Shown one piece after another: positions 10,198-19,770 of a stretch of DNA of 32,585 nucleotides. The stretch lies in NCBI GenBank assembly GCA_001275005.1, contig JWZX01002034.1, positions 1-32,585 of the forward strand. The letters run 5' to 3'. The translations under genes and the position numbers were made by a program. The stretch comes from Chrysochromulina tobinii (taxonomy: Eukaryota). The first letter of the stretch is position 1; each line of letters begins with the position of its first letter. The notes below the pieces were generated by a model that was not told where the DNA came from, made no database searches, and saw only the letters and a program-made list of their open reading frames with translations.

Positions 10198-11514
10198 GCT
10201 CGTTGCGCTCACAGTGCTAGATGCCCTTCTTGGGCATCTCTGAAGCCCCTGATGATGTCGCTGTGCTCTCGCCGTCCACATTGGACGTTCATACCGCTTT
10301 CGCCATCGTGCAGGGCGATTATTCAAGTCGAGACGCGCTCTGCTCTCGCCGTCCACATTGGACGTTTACACCGCTCTCGCCATCGTGCAGGGCGATTGTT
10401 CAAGTCGAGACGCGCTCTTATTGCGTTCACGGTGCTCGATGCCCTTCTTTGGCGTCAAGCCGCCGCCGCTGCTGTGCTCTCGCCGTCCACACAGGACGTT
10501 TATACCGCTCTCGCCATCGTGCAGGGCGATTCTTCAAGTCGAGACGCGCTCTTATTGCGTTCACGGTGCTCAATGCCCTTCTTTGGCGTCAAGCCGCCGC
10601 CGCTGCTGTGCTCTCGCCGTCCACACTGGACGTCTATACCGCTCTCGCCATCGTGCAGGGCGATTATTCAAGTCGAGACGCGCTCTATTGCGTTCACGGT
10701 GCTCGTACCCTTCTTTGGCGTCAAGCCGCCGCCGCTGCTGTGCTCTCGCCGTCCACATAGGACGTTTATACCGCTCTCGCCATCGTGCAGGGCGATTATT
10801 CAAGTCGAGACGCGCTCTTATTGCGTTCACGGTGCTCGATGCCCTTCTTTGGCGTCAGGCCGCCGCCGCTGCTGTGCTCTCGCCGTCCACATTGGACGTT
10901 TATACCGCTCTCGCCATCGTGCAGGGCGATTATTCAAGTCGAGACGCGCTCTTATTGCGTTCACGGTGCTCGATGCCCTTCTTTGGCGTCGGGCCGCCGC
11001 CGCTGCTGTGCTCTCGCCGTCCACATTGGACGTTTATACCGCTCTCGCCATCATGCAGGGCGATTATTCAAGTCGAGACGCGCTCTTATTGCATTCACGG
11101 TGCTCGATGCCCTTCTTTGGCGTCAAGCCGCCGCCGCTGCTGTGCTCTCGCCGTCCACATAGGACGTTTATACTGCTCTCGCCATCGTGCAGGGCGATTA
11201 TTCAAGTCGAGACGCGTTCTTATTGCATTCACGGTGCTCGATGCCCTTCTTTGGCGTCAAGCCGCCGCCGCTGCTGTGCTCTCGCCGTCCACATAGGACG
11301 TTAATACCGCTCTCGCCATCCTGCAGGGCGATTGTTCAAGTCGAGACGCGCTCTTATTGCGTTCACGGTGCTCGATGTCCTTCTTTGGCGTCAAGCCGCC
11401 GCCGCTGCTGTGCTCTCGCCGTCCACATAGGACGTTAATACCGCTCTCGCCATCGTGCAGGGTGATGGTGCGAGTCGACACACGCTCGTTGTGCGCTCAC
11501 GGACTCGATGCCCT
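10198..11514. repeat. Tandem array of 134-bp units (about 10 copies, diverged at both edges)
   Basis: Unit starts at 10261, ~10341 (preceding unit deleted to about 80 bp), 10472, 10606, 10738, 10872, 11006, 11140, 11274 and 11408. Confidence 0.95.
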
Positions 11515-11881
11515 ATCCAACATCGGAGGGACGAGGCACTTACGGAGCGCACTCACTTTCGCTTCGGTGTGGCGCTACAGCTATGGCCTTTTGTCAAGCT
11601 AGCGCAGAGGTCATCAAAGACGTCAGACGTACTTGGAACAGCGACGCAGCAGTATCTTCGCTACATCCGCGAGTGTCGCGGTGAACACATGTCATACATG
11701 ACGCGTATTTGCAGCGCCGACGTCGACGACATGGAATCCGATCATCTACATGTAAATCTCGATTCCCATGACCTCGATGACTCAGACTACCTTTAATTCA
11801 TTCTCTTTTGGGGGGGGTTCAGGCGCCTACTCAGCTTCGACGTACGCGAGCTCCGCCTCTCGCTGAGCGCTCTTAGCTGCT

Positions 11882-11953
11882 TGGGGGGGGGCGACCGATA
11901 CGGCGCCTTCCCCACTTTCGGCTCACACAAAGCAAGACAGGTGAGGCAGGCTT
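11882..11953 (+). repeat. Split direct repeat B1 (72 bp)
   Basis: T(G)9CGACCGATACGG...GTGAGGCAGGCTT, identical to 12232-12303. Confidence 0.95.
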
Positions 11954-11955
11954 CT

Positions 11956-12155
11956 TGGGTAGTGACACGGAGTGTCTCTGAGGAGAAGCTAGTATCATCG
12001 CGCCGCGTTCAATCACTCTCGACCACTCACTGAAGTTCTTCTAACTTCTGGTGGGTCAGGGAACGCAGGCTTTCTTGCGCGCTCTCGCTCTCGTCTACGC
12101 GACGCCCGTCGGTACCGTGCCGGCGGCGACCGTCGAGACCGAGCGCGAAGTGGAC
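11956..12155 (+). repeat. Split direct repeat A2 (200 bp)
   Basis: Identical copy of 8737-8936, 2 bp after B1. Confidence 0.95.
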
Positions 12156-12231
12156 CCCACCCTCCCATCCCTTTTGTATACGCGTCTTGGGTCTCTTAGG
12201 CCCGTCCGCTGTGTTCTGTTAAGACTCAGTG

Positions 12232-12303
12232 TGGGGGGGGGCGACCGATACGGCGCCTTCCCCACTTTCGGCTCACACAAAGCAAGACAGGTGAGGCAGG
12301 CTT
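12232..12303 (+). repeat. Split direct repeat B2 (72 bp), right end of the element
   Basis: Identical copy of 11882-11953. Confidence 0.95.
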
Positions 12304-12354
12304 GACCCCCACCAAAACACGGACGTGGCACGGGGAACGTTCCCACGTGTTTAG

Positions 12355-12942
12355 AGGCCAGTTTTAGAACAGCACGCAGCCACGGCGAGCTCGTCTTCCG
12401 CGGCTGCCGATGGCGAGTACATCGACCCGGACGCCCCAGATGACGAGGATCTGGGTCGCAGCTACGTGCAGCGGCCAGACTACCGACAACTCAGCATACG
12501 TGTCGGCCTCGAAGAGTACATGATCGTGTATCTGCTCGTTATAGACAAGGAATCGGGCTGGTTTGGCAAGGCCGCGCTGAACGAGCTACTCACGCTGCTG
12601 CGCGAAGAGCTGATGCAGCGCCTGCCGGGCGTGATGAATCAGCGCGAACCTAAACTCGTCCTGTCGCAAATTCGCGGCGACACGCTTTCAGCGCGACTCC
12701 AGTATCTACCCAGAGTCGGCAAGGTTTGGATGTTACCAGGCCAGCCAGATATGGTAGACCGCGAGTACCCTGGGTACACCGACTCCACGCCCAAGGCCAG
12801 TGGCGCAGATGGCCCGACCCCCAAGCGGCCGAAGGCAACGGTCGGCCAGCAGCCCAGGTGGAAGGATTCGTACGCGTCTCTGCCATATTCTCTCATCATA
12901 AATGCGGAGCGAGTGCGAGCAGCGCGTGCGGCCCCTGGCTGA
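12355..12942 (+). CDS. Hypothetical ORF or gene fragment (about 195 open codons, no clear start)
   Basis: Stop-to-stop frame with protein-like composition (DGEYIDPDAPDDEDLG...YMIVYLLVIDKESGWFG...); no recognised domain. Confidence 0.3.
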   Translation, partial: RPVLEQHAATASSSSAAADGEYIDPDAPDDEDLGRSYVQRPDYRQLSIRVGLEEYMIVYLLVIDKESGWFGKAALNELLTLLREELMQRLPGVMNQREPKLVLSQIRGDTLSARLQYLPRVGKVWMLPGQPDMVDREYPGYTDSTPKASGADGPTPKRPKATVGQQPRWKDSYASLPYSLIINAERVRAARAAPG

Positions 12943-13560
12943 GCTCATGGTATTGAGTACCTGAGTATCGTCTATTTTAGCACACGTGCACGTATCGTTT
13001 GCGGCGCATTCTCGCGTTCCCATTTGTGTCGTGAACACCCGACGCGTCTCGTATCGGAATTGTGCGAGACGACCGCATTCGAATTTCCGACCGTGTTTTA
13101 CGCGAACTGGGGTACTATCGAACCGAACTCTGAATAAAGACGTCAGCGCTGAGTGTCCACTGAGCACTGTGACTGTCAATAGTCAGCTAGTCACGCGTCG
13201 GTCACAGTACGTCACGGGCGTCACGGCTAGGGCTACGCCGCGAAGCCGGTACGAAGATGACGTATCGCGCTACGCACATCGCCCCGCGCCCGCCTCAGTC
13301 AAGCGCCACAACAAAGATGAGCAGAGAGCACCTTTCTCACCGCTCGGGAGTCTCCCGGGCACTAGTTCGGTAAGACGTTCGGTTTCCCCGGCGTATCTCC
13401 GGTTGTAGGCACACATGCGCACGTGCATGCTCTCTCCATGGACATATTGTGCCCATGCTATCTAATGCCCATGCACAATGTGCCCTAGTACATGGAGCAC
13501 GGCCAGGCAGTCACGTCACTCGGACGCGCCTGTGCACAGCCGGCGAGGTCTTCCGCTACT

Positions 13561-14652
13561 TCACGGCGTCACGAGCACGCTGAGGCGGGAGATGAGCTTA
13601 AAGAAGCCCTCCTCGACCCAAATATTTGCGAACATGGGGACCGTCGGCGAGTAGATGAAGACTACGGCGAGTGCCTTGAGCTGCCAGGGCACGGTCTTGA
13701 GGTGGTTGCCGAACGTCTTGCTGAAGTAGGCGTCGCCCGCGCAAGTGAGGCCATGCAGGAGGAAGAAGAGGGACGCGCGGCCGAGGGTATAGTTGGGGAA
13801 GCTGAGCACAAACTGGTACTCGTGGAAGAGGCCGCTTGCGAGGAAGGTGAGGAAGGCGGCGAGCGTCTTGGGCGTGCCGCTGCGGCTGAGTGGCGTGAAC
13901 ACGCACCGCTTGAACGAGTTCGTCACCTGAAGATTCCATTTCTGGCCCCAGAAGATACGCGCTGACGTGGCGGTGAAGATGGGGTTGGCGAAGCCATCGA
14001 TGGGCACAAAGCCCTGAGCTAGCAGCAGTATCGAGCCCACGTCCATGAGCAGTGAAAGGAAGAGGTAGATTATCATCAGTTGGATGTAGATGCGGTCCAC
14101 AAACATCGTTAAGAAGCCGGCAAACCCGTTTGGCTGACCGAGCGCCGTGGTCAGGGGGTAGCCTCCAAATGGCTCGGAGAGCGACGAGCACACCGAGAGG
14201 CCTGCCAGGCGGAAGAACACCCAGCCTACGCGATTCGCAACTGCGCCTGGCGCTGGCCGAATGGGCTTGCCATCGGCGTTGAAGGTAATGTCAAGTGCCC
14301 CGGTGGCAAAGGTTACCCATGTCTGCACATCAGCGTCGGCACCTTTAGGAGTGGCACCAACGGCGGCACCAAACATGCGCAGGCCCACGAAGGCATACGT
14401 GGTTGAGCCGAGGAAGCGGCCAAGCAAGCACGACAATGGCGTGCCAAAGCCGCTGGAGACGACCGTCTCTGCGAGTATCGGTGGAAGGATGTAGCCGCAT
14501 GCAGCAGAGATCATACCGCACAGGATGAAGACGGCCGGGTTTTTCACAGAGTGCGAAAGAATGCATAGCGGCACGGTGACGATCTGACTGACGATGACGA
14601 AGACCAGCCCGAGCCAGTAGGGCTCGAAGAGGGGCGGCAGGATTGTGACCAT
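13561..14652 (-). CDS. Membrane-bound O-acyltransferase (MBOAT_2; wax synthase/sterol acyltransferase-like)
   Basis: Multi-TM protein with FANPIFTATSARIFWGQKWN and FLASGLFHEY (catalytic His). ATG at 14652. Confidence 0.9.
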   Translation of the reverse strand: MVTILPPLFEPYWLGLVFVIVSQIVTVPLCILSHSVKNPAVFILCGMISAACGYILPPILAETVVSSGFGTPLSCLLGRFLGSTTYAFVGLRMFGAAVGATPKGADADVQTWVTFATGALDITFNADGKPIRPAPGAVANRVGWVFFRLAGLSVCSSLSEPFGGYPLTTALGQPNGFAGFLTMFVDRIYIQLMIIYLFLSLLMDVGSILLLAQGFVPIDGFANPIFTATSARIFWGQKWNLQVTNSFKRCVFTPLSRSGTPKTLAAFLTFLASGLFHEYQFVLSFPNYTLGRASLFFLLHGLTCAGDAYFSKTFGNHLKTVPWQLKALAVVFIYSPTVPMFANIWVEEGFFKLISRLSVLVTP

Positions 14653-14871
14653 TGTGGCGCGCGTGATGAGGCCGCGAAATAGCCTCTCCTTCGAGCGCAG
14701 CACGCGGGTTTCGTCAGTTTGGTCAATTAGATGTCTCGTTCACGGACGAATTCGCTGCTTCTTATGTGAAATGATGTGGTTGGCCTTCTTCAAGGGCTTG
14801 CGCTCCATGTCGACGAACTAATCGTGAAGGACCGCTTTGTCATACCGGTACGCTCGTATCATTGTCATACT

Positions 14872-14990
14872 GTACCGGTAAAAAGACACCGGGGGGAGCC
14901 GGGACAAACACGGGACACACGGGACACGCGGACGCACAAAGGCACACAGACCACACAGACGAACCTCAACAGTACTAACATCAATCAACA
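14872..14990. repeat. Short A/C-rich repeat-like segment (CGGGACA x3, CACACAGAC x2)
   Basis: TACCGGTAAAAAGACACCGGGGGGAGCCGGGACAAACACGGGACACACGGGACACGCGG; intergenic, possibly a small interspersed element (single copy in this window). Confidence 0.4.
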
Positions 14991-15245
14991 TGAACGTCTA
15001 GCGTATCCGGATAGTGAACGCATCCGATCCACGCATGCGTAATACCCGCAAGAGCCCGCAAGCCGCATGTCCTTGGGCCATGTTTCATTGCCATTTATAA
15101 TACGCGAATACGCGACGGAATACCGGAAAATCATAGACAACTGATCGGAATTCGGATCATCCGGAAACCGATCGGATGCAGTGTATACGACCACATTGTC
15201 GATACGACTTGGTATACGATGGTCTATAAAGCGAACAGTGCGGAC

Positions 15246-16013
15246 TCATCGCTTGCCCAACACAAACAAGAACGGGTCTGCAATGTCCTCTTGCTCATCG
15301 GGCACGGCCGAAAGGAAGCTCGACAGCGCATCGGAACTGGCTTCGCTTACAGGCTGAACGGCCAGCTGCGGCTGCACGGCCGCCTCCAAGGTGCAGATAC
15401 GCTCGGCGAGGCCTTCAAAGCGAGTCAGTGCTGTCATTAGTGCAGAGAGTTCAGCGCGCTGCACGGACGCTTGCATCCGCACCTCATCGAGTTCGGCCTC
15501 CAATGACGAGACCCTCGCAGCGAGCTGAGATACGTCGCTGTTGGACGAATCAGGGGCGGCAGTAGCTCGCCTCTCTTCCTCGCGTGCTGCAATCACACTC
15601 ATCGTGTCTTCAAGGCCGTACAGCAGTGCGCCCGCCGTTTGCGCAACGAAGCTAAGGACGCGATCTCCCTGGCAATCGTAGGCGACAAAATATGGCGTCT
15701 GCGTGGCACCCAGGCTTCGCATATCCTTAAGAGAAGCCTCGTCATCGGGGCTGCACTCCCAATGATGCCGCCGCAGCGTGGGGAGGGCACACCTGTTAAC
15801 GAGATGCTCCTTCACCTTGGCTGCCTTTGGATCTCCGCGCACGGAGAGCATGAGCAGTGTGATGCCATCCAGAGGGCAGGCGCGGATGACTTGGTCGAGC
15901 TCAGCGATGCTTGCTACGGTGCGGACTGAAGTCGGTTCGAGCTGTGCCAGTCTGACGCGGCATCGTGGTACAGCGGAGCACAGCGCCGCCGCCGCAAAGC
16001 CCAATCTCCACAT
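15246..16013 (-). CDS. Thioredoxin-fold-like protein lacking CxxC, with N-terminal targeting peptide and C-terminal coiled coil
   Basis: MWRLGFAAAALCSA leader; VRTVASIAELDQVI...ITLLMLS...LGATQTPYFVAYDCQGDRV follows the Trx pattern (cis-Pro TP); heptads LAARVSSLEAEL. Confidence 0.55.
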   Translation of the reverse strand: MWRLGFAAAALCSAVPRCRVRLAQLEPTSVRTVASIAELDQVIRACPLDGITLLMLSVRGDPKAAKVKEHLVNRCALPTLRRHHWECSPDDEASLKDMRSLGATQTPYFVAYDCQGDRVLSFVAQTAGALLYGLEDTMSVIAAREEERRATAAPDSSNSDVSQLAARVSSLEAELDEVRMQASVQRAELSALMTALTRFEGLAERICTLEAAVQPQLAVQPVSEASSDALSSFLSAVPDEQEDIADPFLFVLGKR

Positions 16014-16118
16014 ACTCAGCTCCACACGCAATCATTTTCGCCGCCGCCTCGCCCGCGATGTGCCGCGATGCCGGGTGTTTTGTCGAAGTGACCATTCGCT
16101 GTGAAATGGCTGTGCGTT

Positions 16119-17252
16119 TTATAAATTGTCCATATGATCGGAAGCTGTCGTTCCCCCGGTGGCCGGCGGCCGTCGCGGCTGCGCGCGCACGGGAGGCACG
16201 CCGATGTATCGACACAGGTCGCCGCCGCTCTCGCACGTGCACTTGAGCGCGCTTGACACCGAGAGCGCCTGGACCATGTCGTCCAGATCGCACGCCTCAA
16301 ACTCCTCCGCGTCACGTGCACAACTGCTGCGCACCCGCAGCCGCTCGCAATAGGCACTTTGGCACTGCACGAGCGCCTTCGGCAGCGGCTGCAAGCTCGT
16401 GTCGAAAGTGGTGGGAGCCCAGCGCGAATGTTCGTCGTAGTCGAGGCGGCGGTAGCGCTTGCAGCTCGGGCAGATGGAGCACCGGCGCGACACGATGCGC
16501 CATCTGTCGAAGAGGCCGGGGTGCAGCAGCAAGCCGAGCCCAGCAGCGAGGGCGAGGACCAAGGAGGGGGATTGGCCAAGGCGCACGGCGCGCACATAGT
16601 CGGCAGCCGTCTGCTCGCCTGGTGGAGGCAACGGCCACGTGATGCGCAGGGTACCCTTGACCGCGATCCCGTCCAAGCCGAGCCCGCGCCACGGTAGTGG
16701 TAGCCTGCCCCCGAGGTCGAGCTCTTCGGTCACAGAGTTGCGCAGCAGCGTGAATTGGAGCGGTAGGATGGGCATCTGCCCCCAGAGTGCAAAGCACCAG
16801 GTTCTGGCAGTGACCAGCGGCGCACCAAAGTCGAATGATGGGAGGACTGCCCCGTCGAGCTCGGTGGCCGAGATTCCCGCCAAATCCAGGGTCGCGAGCT
16901 CAGCGCGCGCCAAATTTAGGTGCTTCGAGACGAGTGCCTCGGCAGATACCTCAGCCAGCGTCATTAGCTGGTGGCAGCACCGGGAGATCAAGGCCAGCGA
17001 GGAGGCCTGCTCCGGCGGCGAGCCAGCCAGACGAGTCAAGATGGACACGAGGCAATCGTGCGGCAGGCAGAGGAGGGTGACCTCAGGCTCCGTCTTGCGA
17101 GACTCGACCCCGACCGACTTCGTGTCGCAAGCAATGGGCCCGAGCTGTTGCGAAGGTATCTCCATGACCTCATATGGCTCAAAGGATGGCATCGATAGCA
17201 TCGATAGCACTTCCAAATCCCTCTTAAGAGCGTGCATCGAGCAAGGCCGCAT
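16119..17252 (-). CDS. F-box-like protein with a Cys-rich C-terminal region (start codon uncertain)
   Basis: LLCLPHDCLVSILTRL...LALISRCCHQL is F-box-like; CSICPSC, CQSAYC and CTC lie downstream. Confidence 0.55.
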   Translation of the reverse strand: MRPCSMHALKRDLEVLSMLSMPSFEPYEVMEIPSQQLGPIACDTKSVGVESRKTEPEVTLLCLPHDCLVSILTRLAGSPPEQASSLALISRCCHQLMTLAEVSAEALVSKHLNLARAELATLDLAGISATELDGAVLPSFDFGAPLVTARTWCFALWGQMPILPLQFTLLRNSVTEELDLGGRLPLPWRGLGLDGIAVKGTLRITWPLPPPGEQTAADYVRAVRLGQSPSLVLALAAGLGLLLHPGLFDRWRIVSRRCSICPSCKRYRRLDYDEHSRWAPTTFDTSLQPLPKALVQCQSAYCERLRVRSSCARDAEEFEACDLDDMVQALSVSSALKCTCESGGDLCRYIGVPPVRAQPRRPPATGGTTASDHMDNL

Positions 17253-17302
17253 TGCGATGATGAATGTGTCCAAAAAAGGGGTTGTCAGGCTCACACACTA
17301 AT

Positions 17303-17353
17303 CACTCACTCACTCACTCACTCACGCACTCACGCACTCACGCACACTCACTC
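17303..17353. repeat. (CACT)n/(CACGCACT)n microsatellite between divergent genes
   Basis: CACTCACTCACTCACTCACTCACGCACTCACGCACTCACG read directly. Confidence 0.9.
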
Positions 17354-17464
17354 CATATGGACTTCATTGTCCGAACTTTTCCGAAACTGACACGCACGTC
17401 CACTCGCGCTCCATCCTTGTTCAGAGGTTGAACAGCCGGGTCGCGGTGCTCACGTGCTCCAGAG

Positions 17465-19132
17465 ATGGTCGTCGCACGCACGCAGACCATCGACTCGCGC
17501 GCCTTCACCGCCGAGAAGCCGCCGCGGCCGACCGGCTACAGCGACCATCGCGGAAGCCTCAGTGCACGGGGAAGCCTGAGCTACCGGCCGTTCACCGCAC
17601 TCACTGCGGAGACGCCGCCGGCGCTGCAAACTGCGGGCGAGCCGCCGCTCCAAATCCGGCCGGCACTCCCACTGCCGCTGTGGGTTCCACCCGCTACTGC
17701 GCCGGAAAAGGCGGCGCCGAACTATTCGCCAGCACCTCTGCCGACAAAGACATCGCGTGCGTACGATATCATGGAAGACAGGAAGATGACGGCGCGCGAG
17801 AAGCTGCAGATTGAGCTTGCCTCAAACGACCGCAGCGCCCACGGCCAGACCGCACGTGTTGCACTGCGGCAGAGGCTTCGCATGTGCGAGCTCGATTCAG
17901 CCAAGGAGTCCGCGCTCCAGTACGGCAGCACGGCGCATCCTCTCGCACCCAACTACTCAGGGACCCGCGCGTCGCTCGGGTGGCGCCACTTGCCTCACAA
18001 CCCAGTGAAGCCGCTCGGGCCCCTCACGCCCGAAGCCGAGGCCGCCGCTGCTGCGCGCTCGGCGCGTCGACCTCATAATCCCGACGAGCCACTGGCATTC
18101 GAGAGTACGCAGTTCGAGCACAGCAGCCGGCCGGTCACACCGGCGTCAGGCTCACTGGCCAACGCCACGAGGCTGGATACCATCGAGGGCGGCGACGACG
18201 CGGCCTCCAGCAGCGCGCAGACCCCGAGCAGTCGGCGCCAACGCTCATCGACCCTCGACCTCTACCGCCCCCTTGCAATCAAGGCCCATGACGCGGCTGA
18301 GCTCTATGCTCTCTCGGCGGCGGTGGCGGCTGCCAAAGCGGCGACTTTGCTACCCGGTGAGGTGGCGCCTGACGATGCGATCGGCGCCATGTACCCGCCC
18401 ATCTTGCACGGAACGAACCGCTTCATGCTGCCGCCTGAGCCGCCCAACCCCATCGACGCCATGACCACCGAGTGGCGTCAGGAGGCGATGAGCGTGCGGC
18501 TCCGGAGGCGGCGTCAAGCGCCGAGGGACCCGACAACGTTCGACCGCATGTACCGCGGCGAAAAGCCGCCGCGCTCCCCACGGCGTGTGCGAGCGCCACC
18601 AACCTCGCACTCAGACGACGAGCACGCGGTGTCGTCCCGAATGCCTGCCGACCAGTGCGACCGGCTGTGGGAAGAAAGCGAGCAGCTGCCCGCGATGAAG
18701 CGCGTGACGCTCCGGCTCAAGCTGCTACAAGCGCAGCCCTACTTGCGCGAGAAGATCTTCAAAGCCGCGGTGCTCCATAAGGAGCGCCGGCATGCCGCGT
18801 TCCAGCTCGATTTCGTCCAAAAGAATCGTGCCGCTGCCAACTTCACGTCCGATGGGCTCGAGTTGCAAAGGGCGAGGCGCGAGGAGCGACGACAAGAGCA
18901 CGAGGGGCGACTCGCTCGCGCGGCCGAAGCGATGCGAGCCAAGGAGCTGCTCGACACGCAGCTCTCCTTGCAGCACATGCACGCGCAAGCCAGCACGTCG
19001 ACCACATCGCTGGCGGCCACGCCGCGCCCGCCGCCCGTGCCCACGACGCCGCGTCAACGCACATCGCCGGCGCAGCAGCGCACAGCTGCGGGAGCAGCGG
19101 GCTGGGCTGGTAGCGCCGCCCCGCTCGCCTAG
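17465..19132 (+). CDS. Hypothetical protein, Pro/Ala-rich with C-terminal coiled coil
   Basis: 555-aa ATG-initiated ORF with host-like GC-rich codons; no recognised domain. Confidence 0.65.
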   Translation: MVVARTQTIDSRAFTAEKPPRPTGYSDHRGSLSARGSLSYRPFTALTAETPPALQTAGEPPLQIRPALPLPLWVPPATAPEKAAPNYSPAPLPTKTSRAYDIMEDRKMTAREKLQIELASNDRSAHGQTARVALRQRLRMCELDSAKESALQYGSTAHPLAPNYSGTRASLGWRHLPHNPVKPLGPLTPEAEAAAAARSARRPHNPDEPLAFESTQFEHSSRPVTPASGSLANATRLDTIEGGDDAASSSAQTPSSRRQRSSTLDLYRPLAIKAHDAAELYALSAAVAAAKAATLLPGEVAPDDAIGAMYPPILHGTNRFMLPPEPPNPIDAMTTEWRQEAMSVRLRRRRQAPRDPTTFDRMYRGEKPPRSPRRVRAPPTSHSDDEHAVSSRMPADQCDRLWEESEQLPAMKRVTLRLKLLQAQPYLREKIFKAAVLHKERRHAAFQLDFVQKNRAAANFTSDGLELQRARREERRQEHEGRLARAAEAMRAKELLDTQLSLQHMHAQASTSTTSLAATPRPPPVPTTPRQRTSPAQQRTAAGAAGWAGSAAPLA

Positions 19133-19319
19133 CTATGCCATGCGAAACATGGCGAACGCATTAAGCCATTAACCTCAATTGAAATACTATTTGGGCAAGC
19201 ACTTCGTGAGCCCAGGAAGAAAACGAACTCCTTACGTTAGTATTAACTAGGCCGTTCATCTTGACGCTTCCACTGCGCCAATTATCTGCACGTCCGTCGG
19301 GCGGCTCGCATCCGCGATC

Positions 19320-19702
19320 CGGCAAGGCCGCTTGCGGCTTCATCCTCGCCGCTGCCGTCGCGCGCACCGCGGCGGGAGCCGACCCGCGCAATTCACGCGC
19401 GGGGCCGCGGCCGTCACACCACATGCGACTACTATCGCGGCCGCCACCTCGACCCCCACACCCCTCCCCGTCACACTACGTCACACCATGCGAATGTGTC
19501 TGTGAAGTCATCGCGCGATCCACGCGCGACTCACTGGGTACGTGTGAAGTCTGTGCAAGGCAACGACTGGCACAGGAAGAACATTCATCAGTGCCAGGCT
19601 GTCAGCCGTGTCACTCGTTCCTCGGTGCGGTTGTTACTAGACGGTGCGGTCGTGTGCTGTGCTGCGTGGAAAGGTACGACGCGTCCGACTGCTGCGCCGC
19701 GG
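19320..19702. repeat. Shared 3' flank of the SAM-4TM family, copy A (1 sub-repeat)
   Basis: Aligns to 21799-22290 (same strand) and 30566-31179 (inverted). Confidence 0.9.
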
Positions 19703-19770
19703 TAGTCAATCTCCGCGCGCTCCGGTGGCCGGCGTCGCTCGGTCACACGTCATCGTCGCTTGGTCACACG

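Larger units (their letters stand above)
9485..11796 (+). pseudogene. Degenerate tyrosine recombinase of the element, interrupted by frameshifts and two tandem arrays
   Basis: From 11541: YGAHSL(+1)RFG(+2)GATAMAF...EVIK...TWNSDA(frameshift)YLRYIREC...TAA at 11794-11796, i.e. HxLRxGGAT and WxSDAYxRY motifs. 9485-9520 reads RAASLAFCALRG, a possible first catalytic-Arg box (weaker). Confidence 0.72.
8737..12303 (+). mobile_element. Non-autonomous tyrosine-recombinase retrotransposon (Ngaro/PAT-like) with split direct repeats
   Basis: Order A1 (8737-8936) ... B1 (11882-11953), A2 (11956-12155), 76-bp spacer, B2 (12232-12303). Degenerate YR C-terminus lies just before B1. CTTGA at both ends. Confidence 0.85.

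Noticed and set aside
10198..11514. CRISPR-like array, or genuine 312-350 aa repeat proteins
   Set aside because: Units are repeated end to end with no unique spacers and no cas genes. The ORFs rotate through three frames of a 134-bp unit and hit sporadic TAGs.
8737..12155. Ordinary LTR retrotransposon or TRIM with 200-bp LTRs
   Set aside because: Repeats do not end in CA, no PBS is evident, a second repeat pair brackets A2, and a YR relic is present. Split-direct-repeat architecture fits better.
8585..13120. Weak inverted similarity (CGATAGT...TCGG.AATTC.AAT) on either side of the YR element as TIRs of a host transposon
   Set aside because: Only short patchy matches; cannot be distinguished from chance by eye.
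15020..15179. 10-bp inverted repeat GCATCCGATC/GATCGGATGC as a MITE
   Set aside because: Too short, no TSD, single copy.
19225..19330. Helitron 3' end (CTAG|T on the minus strand) beyond the copy A flank
   Set aside because: No convincing subterminal hairpin, and not shared by copies B and C.
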